A stretch of DNA of 64,000 nucleotides from Candidatus Bathyarchaeia archaeon (GTDB lineage Archaea; Thermoproteota; Bathyarchaeia; Bathyarchaeales; Bathycorpusculaceae), in the NCBI GenBank assembly GCA_049516875.1, contig JBEKSS010000011.1:47681-111680 (forward strand), given 5' to 3'. Made by a program: the position numbers and the translations under genes. The notes below the pieces were generated by a model, which was given only the letters and a program-made list of their open reading frames with translations, ran no database searches and had not been told where the DNA came from. Shown here in pieces: positions 38,477 to 48,700 of the stretch; position 1 is the stretch's first letter; the number at the start of each line of letters is the position of its first letter.

Positions 38477-39566
38477 TTTCCTCCTTCAACCCTGTCGTCG
38501 GATACTCGAACACGTGGGCTTTCTCCGGCGGAAAGCTCACCGTTACTTTATCCTCAACACTAAACCATTCTCCTGTCATGGAAGGTTTCACAACTACAAT
38601 TAGATCCTGGTTTTCAAGCCTAATTTCGTAGCGTATATTTGTTCCCTCAAACGTCACTCTTTCAACCACTCCTGCAATCGAGTTCTTGTTCTTTTCCGTT
38701 CCTTTCTCAACTAGAAAAGTCTCTGGCCTTATGGCCAACACCACTCTTTCGCCCTTTCTTGCTTCGTCATGAGTCACTCCAAACTGAATTCCACCGCGAA
38801 GCTCTATTGTCATCTCCTTGTCACCTTCATTAGCAACATATCCTTCCAAGAAGTTTGATTCTCCTATAAAGTTGGCTACAAACACGTTTCCTGGCGCCAT
38901 ATAAAGCTCACTTGGAGTTCCAACCTGTTTGATTCTTCCTTTCTTCATGACAGCTATCCTGTCCGAGATTGCCATTGCTTCAGCCTGGTCATGAGTCACG
39001 TGAATGGCCGTTAACCCCAAGTCCTTGGCCATCCTTCTTATTTCATACCTCAAGTCATTCCGCACTTTTGCATCCAGCTGCCCCAAGGGTTCGTCCAGAA
39101 GCAACAGTTTGGCCCCTGCGGCTAAGGCTCTCGCTACGGCTATCCTCTGCATCATTCCTCCGCTCAACTCGTTCGGAAAAGCGTCCAGACGCTCATTCAA
39201 TCTCACCATTTCAAGCACCTCATGCCCGATAGTCCCTGCCTTCTTCATGTCAAAGCCTTTTACTCTAGGCCCGTAGGTAACGTTGTTCCATGCGTTCATG
39301 TGCGGGAATAATGCAAAAGTCTGGAAGACGAAACCCACGTCACGATCTTCTGGAGGAACATTGTTCACGAGTCTGTTACCTATGTATATTTTGCCCTCGT
39401 CTGGCTGAATTAGTCCCGCGATAAGCCTGAGAAGTGTTGTTTTCCCGCATCCACTGGGTCCTAGTAGAGCGAAGTATTCTTTGTCTCTTACGTGAAGGCT
39501 AACACCATCTACAGCGACGAGTTTGCCGAATCTTTTTGTGACGTTTTCTATAACGACATCAGGCAT
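38463..39566 (-). CDS. ABC transporter ATP-binding subunit (PotA/FbpC-like, TOBE)
   Basis: GPSGCGKTT, LSGGMMQR, LLLDEP and HVTHDQ motifs; C-terminal TOBE. Confidence 0.93.
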   Translation of the reverse strand: MPDVVIENVTKRFGKLVAVDGVSLHVRDKEYFALLGPSGCGKTTLLRLIAGLIQPDEGKIYIGNRLVNNVPPEDRDVGFVFQTFALFPHMNAWNNVTYGPRVKGFDMKKAGTIGHEVLEMVRLNERLDAFPNELSGGMMQRIAVARALAAGAKLLLLDEPLGQLDAKVRNDLRYEIRRMAKDLGLTAIHVTHDQAEAMAISDRIAVMKKGRIKQVGTPSELYMAPGNVFVANFIGESNFLEGYVANEGDKEMTIELRGGIQFGVTHDEARKGERVVLAIRPETFLVEKGTEKNKNSIAGVVERVTFEGTNIRYEIRLENQDLIVVVKPSMTGEWFSVEDKVTVSFPPEKAHVFEYPTTGLKEEIAVE

Positions 39567-39640
39567 CTGTTGTTCCTCTTATACGGATCTTAGCGGTTTT
39601 TTGAGGATATTGATAGTTCTCCGGTTCTTTATTAATCATG

Positions 39641-41317
39641 TCAGTATCTTCCTCTTCCCTTTACGATTAGTCTCAATGCTAGGAGAATGATGAATGAAAA
39701 CAGTATCAAGAAACCGCTTCCTAATCCTATCTGCAACAGCGTGGCGGGCTGCTGTCCAAGCGGAGGCCTTATCCAGTTTACGAGGACCACCGGTACGGTT
39801 CTGAGCGTCGTCGTCACTGCCGTCGTCGCGCCGGTTTCGCTTACGCTTCTTGTGAAGACTAGTATGGCGCCTGAAAGTATAGAGTATTTGGTCAGGGGCA
39901 GAACGATGGTCCTGAAAACTCCTAAAGGTTTAGCGCCGAGTGTTCTTGAAGCTTCTTCCATGTCCATGCTGATCCTCTCTACAGCCGCCGACATTGACCT
40001 TACGAAATATGGGTACGTGATTGTAAGGTGAGCAAATATCAGCAGCAAAAGGTCTGGTATGAAAGCGAAGGTCTGTTTCCAGAAAATTCCCAGCGAAAAC
40101 CCCAGTGCTATTGAGGGCACAACAAGAGGAATGTTGACAAGAATGTCCAGAATTGCTGATTGTGACGAACCGAACTTTCTCCTCGCAATCGCAATGGCCA
40201 TAGGTAATCCTATGATTATGTTGAGCACGGTGACTATTGCGGCAAGGGTATAGGAAAGAACTAGCCCCTGCCAATAGTCTCCCCATATCCCTACACGTTG
40301 CAGGGATTCGTTCAACGTGCTCGTGAAAGCCGCGCGGAACGCTGGAAGTGCAACAAAAAGAGATGGTGCTAAGACAATAACCAAGAAGATGGCAAGCGTG
40401 ACAGTGTTTCTTGAGGATTCTGCTTTTGAATAGCTAAGCTTTCTCTCAAAAGACGGCCAAATTCGTCTGACGGGCAACTTAAACCTCGGACCCACCGCGC
40501 GAATTATTATGAAAATTGACACAGAAACAGCGATGAGGATGAAACTTGCAAAAACGGTGGCCCCGTAATAGATGGTGTTGTTGACACCGAGGTAAGCGTT
40601 CTTCATGTTCTGCAAGAAGACCGGACCATTTTCAAAGAAGGTTCCCGCGACGATGAACGTTGCGCCCGTTTCTGAGAGTGATCTTGAAAAAGCAAGTATG
40701 AAAGCGGCTATCAATGATGGTTTTATTATTGGAAACGTAACGGTTCTTGAAGCTGTAAATGGTGGGGCACCCAGTGTCCTTGATGCGTTCTCGAACTCTC
40801 GTTTGTAGTCGAGCAACGCTCCGACGATGACTCTGACGACGACAGGGAAGGAGAAAGTAAAATGAAGGAGTATTACCAGCAGCCACCCCTCTGAAATCAG
40901 CGGCCCGCTGAATAGCATCGAAATGCCCTCAGGCCCGTTCCAGAAAAGCAGAAGCGAGTAACCGAGCACGGCGGTCGGGACGATGAATGGGATATCAGAC
41001 AACGTGTCAAGGATGCTTAGCCATCGCGATTTTTTCCGCGCAATGAGCCAAGCCATCGGAATTCCAGCAATAAGATCAATGGCTGATACGAACAATGCTA
41101 TTGTGAAACTATTCGTAATCGCACTAAGGGCACGATTCTTGAGCGATGCATCATCAAGAACTACTTTGATTGCACCCCAATTGATGGCTATTCCCAGTAT
41201 GGGAGGGAGCAGAATTAACCCGAAGAACAGGACTATCGCGATCAAGTACACAGCGTACTTTATGGTTCTTTTTGATGATACGGCGTCTAGAGCCTCGATG
41301 ATCTTCTTTTTGAGCAA
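39641..41317 (-). CDS. Fused two-domain ABC permease (FbpB/ThiP-like)
   Basis: Two EAA loops (FENASRTLGA, MEEASRTLGA). Confidence 0.9.
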   Translation of the reverse strand: MLKKKIIEALDAVSSKRTIKYAVYLIAIVLFFGLILLPPILGIAINWGAIKVVLDDASLKNRALSAITNSFTIALFVSAIDLIAGIPMAWLIARKKSRWLSILDTLSDIPFIVPTAVLGYSLLLFWNGPEGISMLFSGPLISEGWLLVILLHFTFSFPVVVRVIVGALLDYKREFENASRTLGAPPFTASRTVTFPIIKPSLIAAFILAFSRSLSETGATFIVAGTFFENGPVFLQNMKNAYLGVNNTIYYGATVFASFILIAVSVSIFIIIRAVGPRFKLPVRRIWPSFERKLSYSKAESSRNTVTLAIFLVIVLAPSLFVALPAFRAAFTSTLNESLQRVGIWGDYWQGLVLSYTLAAIVTVLNIIIGLPMAIAIARRKFGSSQSAILDILVNIPLVVPSIALGFSLGIFWKQTFAFIPDLLLLIFAHLTITYPYFVRSMSAAVERISMDMEEASRTLGAKPLGVFRTIVLPLTKYSILSGAILVFTRSVSETGATTAVTTTLRTVPVVLVNWIRPPLGQQPATLLQIGLGSGFLILFSFIILLALRLIVKGRGRY

Positions 41318-41549
41318 GTTTTCCCTTTTCCGTATCGCGACTTATATTGGTGCATCGTAATTTTTCTTTTTTCACTTGTATTTTTGTTCATAAATTTTCC
41401 GTGTAAGATTATGTCAGTTCGCCCGTCGAGTCACATCACAGCAACTGCTCTGTTGACTCTCGTTCTCATCATCCTGGCTGAACTAGGGGATACGACAAAA
41501 CTTAAGGCTTGTGCACCGCAAATTGTCAGACTCGGAGTTGAAGTAACGT

Positions 41550-42083
41550 ATGGATGTACTTGAGGCAATTAAGGGGAGGAGAAGCGTAAGAGCCTTCAGG
41601 AGCGAGAAGAATGTCTCGGAGGAAACTGTTCAAGAGCTCATTGATGCAGCTTGTTGGGCGCCTTCTGCTGGTAACATACAGCCATGGGAATTCGTAATCG
41701 TCAGAAAACCGGAAATCAAAAGAAGACTCGTTGAAGCCGCATTTAAGCAATCATTCTTAGAGGATGCTTCAGTCGTGATTGTTGTTTGTGCAGACGAAGA
41801 ACGTTCTTCTGAAGGCTATGGTCAAAGGGGTGGAACACTGTATTGCTTACAGGACACAGCTGCCGCAATACAGAACATTCTCTTAGCTGCTTACTCACTT
41901 GGCCTAGGTACGTGCTGGGTCGGCGCGTTCAAAGAAGAAGAGGCAAGGGAAATCCTGAAGATTCCGCGGGGAATACGACCCGTAGCGCTGATTCCTGTAG
42001 GCTATCCACTCAAGTTTCCTTCTCCCCGGGCCAAGCGAGCAGTCAGCGAGATAGTCCATTATGAAGTTTTTCATTCCAGATGA
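41550..42083 (+). CDS. Nitroreductase family protein
   Basis: RRSVRAF, APSAGNIQPWEF and QNILLAAYSLGLGTCWVG motifs. Confidence 0.93.
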   Translation: MDVLEAIKGRRSVRAFRSEKNVSEETVQELIDAACWAPSAGNIQPWEFVIVRKPEIKRRLVEAAFKQSFLEDASVVIVVCADEERSSEGYGQRGGTLYCLQDTAAAIQNILLAAYSLGLGTCWVGAFKEEEAREILKIPRGIRPVALIPVGYPLKFPSPRAKRAVSEIVHYEVFHSR

Positions 42084-42192
42084 CACACAAAGTTTCTTGA
42101 AACGAAACACTTCAACACCTCGATTTGCCCTGCTGTCTTAGTGTGAAATTTTAATATGCCGTTGAATCCACTTTACCTGTGAGGCTTTCAAG

Positions 42193-43956
42193 TTGAGGTA
42201 CAGCGTAATTGCCGACGCTTATGAAAAGATTGAAGCCACTAGTAAGAGGCTTGAAATGACAGACTTGCTGGTTGATCTTCTCAGGAACACGCCGAAAGAA
42301 CTCATAGGCAGAGTTGCTTATTTGACTCAGGGCCGAATACATCCTGATTTCTTAGGTATTGAAATTGGCGTAGCTGAAAAACTGGCGATAAAAGCTCTCG
42401 CAAGAACTTGTGGAAGAAGAGAAGTTGACGTTGAAGAAGACCTCAAGCATACCGGGGACATAGGTGAAACTGCTCAAAAACTCATAGGCAGCAAGAGACA
42501 GGTGACGTTCTTCCAGGAGCCGTTAACAGTTCAAAGGGTCTATGAGACACTCGAGAAAATGGCCAGAACTTCAGGGTCGGGCGCTGTTGACCTTAAGCTT
42601 TCGCTCCTAGCTGGGCTTCTGGCTGCGGCAACTCCGAAAGAAGCCAAGTACATTATGAGAAACGTTACGGGCAATCTGCGTTTGGGCATAGCTGACATGA
42701 CGGTTCTGGACGCGTTAGCTATAGCATACGGAGGAGGTAAGGAAACGCGTGAACTTGTCGAACGGGCTTACAACATCTGCTCAGACCTTGGAAGAGTCGC
42801 TGAAACCATCGCTCGGCGAGGGATTGAAGGAATCAAAGGATTCCGAGTGTCCATCAATGAGCCTATAAGGCCGATGTTGGCTGAAAGACTTTCCTCTCCT
42901 GAAGAAATTCTAGAAAAACTGGGCGGAAAGTGCGTGGCTGAGTACAAGTATGATGGTGAACGCCTTCAAGCGCACAAACAAGGTGAGAAAATAACGCTTT
43001 ATTCTAGGCGTTTGGAGAGTATTTCAAGCCAATACCCTGATGCTATTGAACTATTCAAGAAGCATGTTAAGGCAAAAGAGGCTATTCTTGAGTGTGAATG
43101 TGTGGCTGTTGATCCTGACACGGGTGAGATGCGTCCGTTTCAGGAGCTTATGCATCGGAGACGCAAGTATGGAATCGAAAAGGCCATCGAGGATTATCCT
43201 GTTTCGCTGTTCATGTTTGAAGCACTTTACGTTGATGGGAAGGATTTGACGTTGGAGCCTTATCCGGCAAGAAGGAAAATGCTTGAAAAGGTCGTTGAAA
43301 GAAGCGACAGGACCAAAGTAGCCGATTGCCTAATCACGAAGGATGCGGGTGAGCTTGAAAAGTTCTTTCTAGAAGCGATAGAGAATGGCTGTGAAGGTCT
43401 GGTCTGTAAGTCAATCGCCAAGGACTCGGTGTACCAGGCCGGAGCACGCGGTTGGCTTTGGATAAAATATAAACGCGACTACAAGAGCGAGATGACTGAC
43501 ACGGTTGACTTGGTCACAGTCGGCGCTTTCCATGGACGAGGAAAGAGGGCTGGGGCTTACGGTGCTCTGCTGCTCGCGGCCTACAATCCAGAAAACGACA
43601 CTTTTGAAACCGTTACTAAGTGTGGAACAGGCTTCACCGATGAAGATCTTGCTAAGCTTCCCAAGATGCTACAGAACCACGTTGTTGCGCACAAGCATCC
43701 GCGAATTAATTCAACACTTGAGGCCGATGTCTGGTTTGAACCAAGTTTGACTATCGAAATCTTGGGTGCAGAAATTACACTGAGTCCAATTCACACATGT
43801 GCTATGGACTCCGTTCGGAAAGGAAGCGGACTCGCTATCAGGTTTCCGAGATTCACTGGCAACTACCGTCCAGACAAAGCACCCGAGGACGCAACAACTT
43901 CTGGAGAAATACTAGAAATGTATCGCAATCAACTCAAAAAGATCAGCGAAACTTGA
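42193..43956 (+). CDS. lig: ATP-dependent DNA ligase
   Basis: PMLA, EYKYDGERLQ, EGLVCK, WIKYKRDY and IRFPRF motifs. Confidence 0.96.
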   Translation: MRYSVIADAYEKIEATSKRLEMTDLLVDLLRNTPKELIGRVAYLTQGRIHPDFLGIEIGVAEKLAIKALARTCGRREVDVEEDLKHTGDIGETAQKLIGSKRQVTFFQEPLTVQRVYETLEKMARTSGSGAVDLKLSLLAGLLAAATPKEAKYIMRNVTGNLRLGIADMTVLDALAIAYGGGKETRELVERAYNICSDLGRVAETIARRGIEGIKGFRVSINEPIRPMLAERLSSPEEILEKLGGKCVAEYKYDGERLQAHKQGEKITLYSRRLESISSQYPDAIELFKKHVKAKEAILECECVAVDPDTGEMRPFQELMHRRRKYGIEKAIEDYPVSLFMFEALYVDGKDLTLEPYPARRKMLEKVVERSDRTKVADCLITKDAGELEKFFLEAIENGCEGLVCKSIAKDSVYQAGARGWLWIKYKRDYKSEMTDTVDLVTVGAFHGRGKRAGAYGALLLAAYNPENDTFETVTKCGTGFTDEDLAKLPKMLQNHVVAHKHPRINSTLEADVWFEPSLTIEILGAEITLSPIHTCAMDSVRKGSGLAIRFPRFTGNYRPDKAPEDATTSGEILEMYRNQLKKISET

Positions 43957-43976
43957 CCAAGGAAGGACACAGTTCA

Positions 43977-44237
43977 CTATTTCGCTGAATCCCTTAATGT
44001 TTGGGTAATCGACTTCAGAATATCTTCTTGGGACAGTCCAGCACTCAATCCGTTTGCTTTCGCTTTTCTGTTTGGTGGGTAGCAGCCATAGTATTCCAAG
44101 AACCTTCTCACAGCGTCTTTTATGAACTCCGAACGGCTTGAATATGCACATCCTTCGTTGTCTATTATTTCGTCAACCATCCTTGCCAGAACAGTAGGTA
44201 TATGGACTGTAGTGTATTTCTCCTTGTTAACTACCAT
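43977..44237 (-). CDS. Ribbon-helix-helix (CopG-like) regulator
   Basis: YTTVHIPTVLARMVDEII...YSSRSEFIKDAVRRFL. Confidence 0.85.
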   Translation of the reverse strand: MVVNKEKYTTVHIPTVLARMVDEIIDNEGCAYSSRSEFIKDAVRRFLEYYGCYPPNRKAKANGLSAGLSQEDILKSITQTLRDSAK

Positions 44238-45750
44238 ACTTTCTCATATCCCAAGCAGGTACCAGTTGAAGATATATGTAACTGAAAAATGCTATATAAG
44301 AATTGCCCATTGTGTAGAGACAAATCTGAATCAAATACAACATATTTACCGTATCAGTCTGATACAGCAAAGTGACAGAGTCCTATGAATTATCGGAACT
44401 GACTTTCAAGAAACACATTCAATCAGGCTGATTCTGGATGAACACAAATCAAAAGGAAAGGGGGCAGGAAGATGAGCAAGGGAGAAAGGGTAAGTTTTCA
44501 GAGAGGTACCTGCTAGGGATACTGCTCGCTGCACCTACTCGGGATCCTCAAACACCTTCCTGCTTCCCTTGGGTTATGTTTGTTTTCTTAGGATATAAAG
44601 TTTATCAATGTATGACCTATGCATAGCTAGTATGTGGGCCAACTGTAAGTCCACCGGGATAACGTTGGTATTAACCATGCGACAGGGATAAACACTGAGA
44701 AAGTTGCTTGGTTGTAGAAAAACACAGGAAAATGGCGTTGTTTAGGTGTAAAGGTATTGGACCACCAGTTTCTTGCATGAATCCAGCCATTAACCTTGTA
44801 TGTGAAGATGCGCCACACACATAAGTATTCTTCGGAAATAGGAAACAGGAAATAGAGAAAGAAGAACCTACCTGTGTGGCACACCTGATTTATCATACGA
44901 TACGAACGGATTAAAACCTTCCTTAAGAATGTCTTCTTCAATCGCATCAAGCAATGCCGGCGCCGCAACCATGAGTTTCAAAACCTTCAAAACCGTCAGA
45001 AACGATGCAGGGCGGTTTAGGTGACACTGATAGAGAGGTATTCAGAATTGTTCTTTCTTCCAAATATCGTGTTGGCATCGACTCTGGCAGTAGGTGTTTC
45101 GCTTGTAGATCCGGTTCTCTGTCCATCAGGGGTTGCGCGCGAGTAAGAGGTAACGTTACTGCTAGCGTTATCCTCGGCTGGCTGGATTTCATTGTGATGT
45201 ATCTTGCGTTCTTTTCAGGTGGATTTAATTTTTTGGCAGAAACTGGCCAAGTTTACTGCTCCAGGCGCAATAGTTGCCGCCATCGTTGCTGTCCTCTGCT
45301 TCTCAAGAGTTGTCACAATCTGCTCCAGCAGAGAGTGCATCTGTTCTTAAGAGCCCGGCGTTGAGGAAGGAGATGGATGTTTCGTTCGGGGCACCCTCTA
45401 GAAGATAGCTCCATGAAGCATTTTGATGCAAATGAACTAACAGTCTTCTCTAATTTCAGGAATGGCGGGTCCCTCATTTGCGACAATAGGAGAAAGGAGA
45501 AGTAAAGGAAAACTGAGCTTCGCCCGCCTTCCTTGTCACTAGTTATTTTCTAGGTGTATTTTAGCGTTAACCTGCAAGAATATGGAACAGCGTCCTTTTT
45601 CGCTTCAATTCCAGACGTGTTTTTTGACGTTGTCATGTATAACTCACGCTCTCAAAGCTTTGTTCCTAGATGATATCATGTATAGCAAGGGGTTCAAGTT
45701 TCTGCTCGGTTTGGCGTATCCTGCGTTTTTAGAAGTCGCTGGCTACAGAA

Positions 45751-48700
45751 CTATTCGTGTTCGCGAAAGTAGGCGACGGCCAGGGCTATGTCTTTCATGT
45801 CGACTACGCCGTCGTCGTTGATGTCTGCGTTGGGCTTCCAGTTCAGCGAACTCGGCTTGGTGTTGAACAAACTTATCAAGTAGGCTATGTCTTTCATGTC
45901 GACAATTCCGTCGCAAACGCCTGGCATTGTGCCGGACACGTCGCCTGGAACGCCCACGTGAACTGGGGTGTCGGAAACGTAGGAGTTGTTTGTTGTGTCG
46001 TTTTCTCCTTGAACAGGCGAAGCGTACGCGTTTATGGTGTAGTTGCCGTAAGCAAAGCCGGTGGTGTTCCACGTGGAGGCGGCGGTTGTGGACTTTCCGC
46101 TTGTCAAGATAGTGTTCTCGAACGTGGCGATGATGGTCTGGTTAGCGTAGAGTGTGATGTTGAAGGTTTCTGTATAGTTGCCTTGGTTTGTAACCGTCAC
46201 ATTTATGATCGTTGAAAATCCTCGTCCGACGATGTTTTTGACAGTAGTTAGGTTGGTTATGGCTATGTCGTGCATCGGGGATGATGATGTGTAGTGGGCT
46301 GTTGCCGTGCGAGCAGTGTTCATGCTGACCGTGATTGGGTTAATTTCGCTGCCCTGCGGTGCGCCGTCTACATCCCAGTAGCTGAACTGGAAGTTTTGAA
46401 CTGTTGAGGCAGTTAGTGTTACGGGTGCTGCTTCGTCGTACCAGCCTTCTCCAGGAATTGTTGCAATGCCAGTTGGATCCGTTCTTACTGTTAGGTGGTA
46501 TTGGGTCTTGTAGTTTCCAGCTATGGCCGTGGGCGCAGAAACCGTGATTGGGGAGACAGGTCCTGTGACGCTGTCAAGCCTGAACCTCTTACCTAAGACG
46601 GTGCTTGAGACCGGGGAATTATAAGAGTAGGTGACTGAAGAGCCGCTGTCAACCCATAAGGTGAAGGGGAGATCACCGAAAGCTTTCGCATTACCATTAA
46701 CAGTCACAAGGGTGCTAGTGGCGTCTGAGGAAAGCCCGGTTTGAGTGAAAAGCACTGTGTATTGTGTTATGTAATGTGCTGTTGCAGTATGATGAACGTC
46801 CATGTGAACAGTGATCGGGTTGACCCCGCTGCCCTGTGAAATTCCATCAACGTCCCAGTAACTAAACCGGTAGTGAGTGTTAGATGAATCAACAGATGCT
46901 GGAGCGGTCAGCACAGCATTAGTGGCCAGAATGTACCAGCCTCCGCCAGGGATTGATGCGACGCCTGCTGGTTCTGTTTGAACACTCAAAGAGTTTATGA
47001 CCCAAGACGATCCATCGTAGGTTCCGAGGGGACTCATCTCTATTTCTATTTGAAAAACGAAGGATGGAGGCAGGTTAAACGCAAAGTTTCCGTTCGCGTC
47101 TGTCAGGGTGTACATGGTCTGTCCGTTTGAATTGACTTTCAGATAGACTGGTTGGAGCAGTGATCCGCCTATGACCGTCAATTTGCCCGTTATCGTGCCA
47201 CCATTCAGGTTGGCGTCAATCTGTGTTTGGTAACCCCGCGTAGCTGCGGGATCCGTCGTGTACCGGATCTTGTTGCCGTTTCCATCTGATGCCTCAATAA
47301 TCAGAGATAGTTTCTGGGTCCCCGTGGGAAGTGTCAAGTCTGCGGAGAAGGCATTGTTACCAAGGTTTGTCAGGCTGGAGGTGATGTATGGGCCACTGTT
47401 TGTAGAGTACGATAGGGAAACGTTGCTGATTCCATCGTTGTCGGCCAGTTGTATTTTCACGTGATGCTCATTGTTCGTGAAGCATGGGTCACAGTCTATT
47501 CTTGTTATTGAGGGTGGGATGAGGTCTGTGCTCGTGCTCGTGTAGTTTATCGTGTATTCAGCAGTGTTTTGTGAGCTGTAGTTGAAGCTTGTTCCGGTAT
47601 TGACCACGAAGGTGTACAGGCCGGGGCCGTTGGAACTCAGGAATTGAGTGATTGGGATTGGAGCTTGCGCCCAGAGTGGTGTGCTACTTGATATGAGGTA
47701 GCCGTTCTTGAAGACTTGAAGTGTTTTCGTGGCTCCCGCGGCAGACTTGGCTATGAACAGGTTTTGCTCTACACGCAGGGGATAGTATGGGATGTACAGT
47801 CCGTTTCCAACATATGGAGGACTGTTCACAACGTCCTGGGGCAGGAGCGGCGTTTTTCCCATGCTGTATGAAGCGTTCTCGCCTTGGGTTATCGGCTGGA
47901 AATGTCTGTCTATCACGAAGTACTCCGGATCCGCATAGGGATAAGTCGTCATTGTGTATATGCAAGACCATTCCAGGTCTGAATAGTTTTCAGACTGCTG
48001 CTGCTTGTAATGATACGGGAGTATGTGAGCCTTCCAGTTGATCCCTGGGTGTGTCGGTGTGCCGTACCAGACTCCTGTCTGCCACAACCCTGCTATCTGG
48101 TTGAACCACATCTCGCAGACTGCTGTGGATTTTGGCATTAGGTTTTCAATGCCGAAAGTTGCCAGCTCAGAGTTTGCGTAGCTTAGGCTGGTCAAACTGC
48201 CCAGCCCGAAGTTGCTGATGTCCCAGCCGATGAAGTACGCGTCAACGTCCGAAGTCAGGACGCCTCCTTTTGACCAAGAGACATCGTCTGCCGACAAGCC
48301 GGTGAAACCGAAAAAGCCTGGTGGTTTCATGTATTCGCTGATGTTTGTCAAGTATATGCTCTGGCTGGCCAACACACCCATGTCTGCAGCGTAGCCCATC
48401 GAGTAGTATGGGCTAAGAATCCGCTTCAGCGTTAACTGCAGTGGAGCGCCGTTTGCATCAGTAGTGCGAACGTTAACCTTATAGGCTGAAGTCAGTGAAA
48501 GCTGTAGATTCTTGGTTTCGCCCACTCCTAATGAAAACTTTTGGTGGATGATAAAGGCGAGAGAAGGATCGATGTTTCCAGAAACCTCCCAGGCGTAGAC
48601 GTTCATGGCTTGAATGACGTAGCTTCCCTGAGTGACCGTGAAGTGGGCTTTTGCAGACTCTGAACAGAATGCCTTCATCTGCCCTGTGGTAGCGTCTATG

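Noticed and set aside
44240-45750. Short ORFs in the 1.5-kb gap (e.g. 44627-44968, 45005-45364)
   Set aside because: No recognisable motifs and conflicting overlapping frames; probably eroded DNA, left uncalled.
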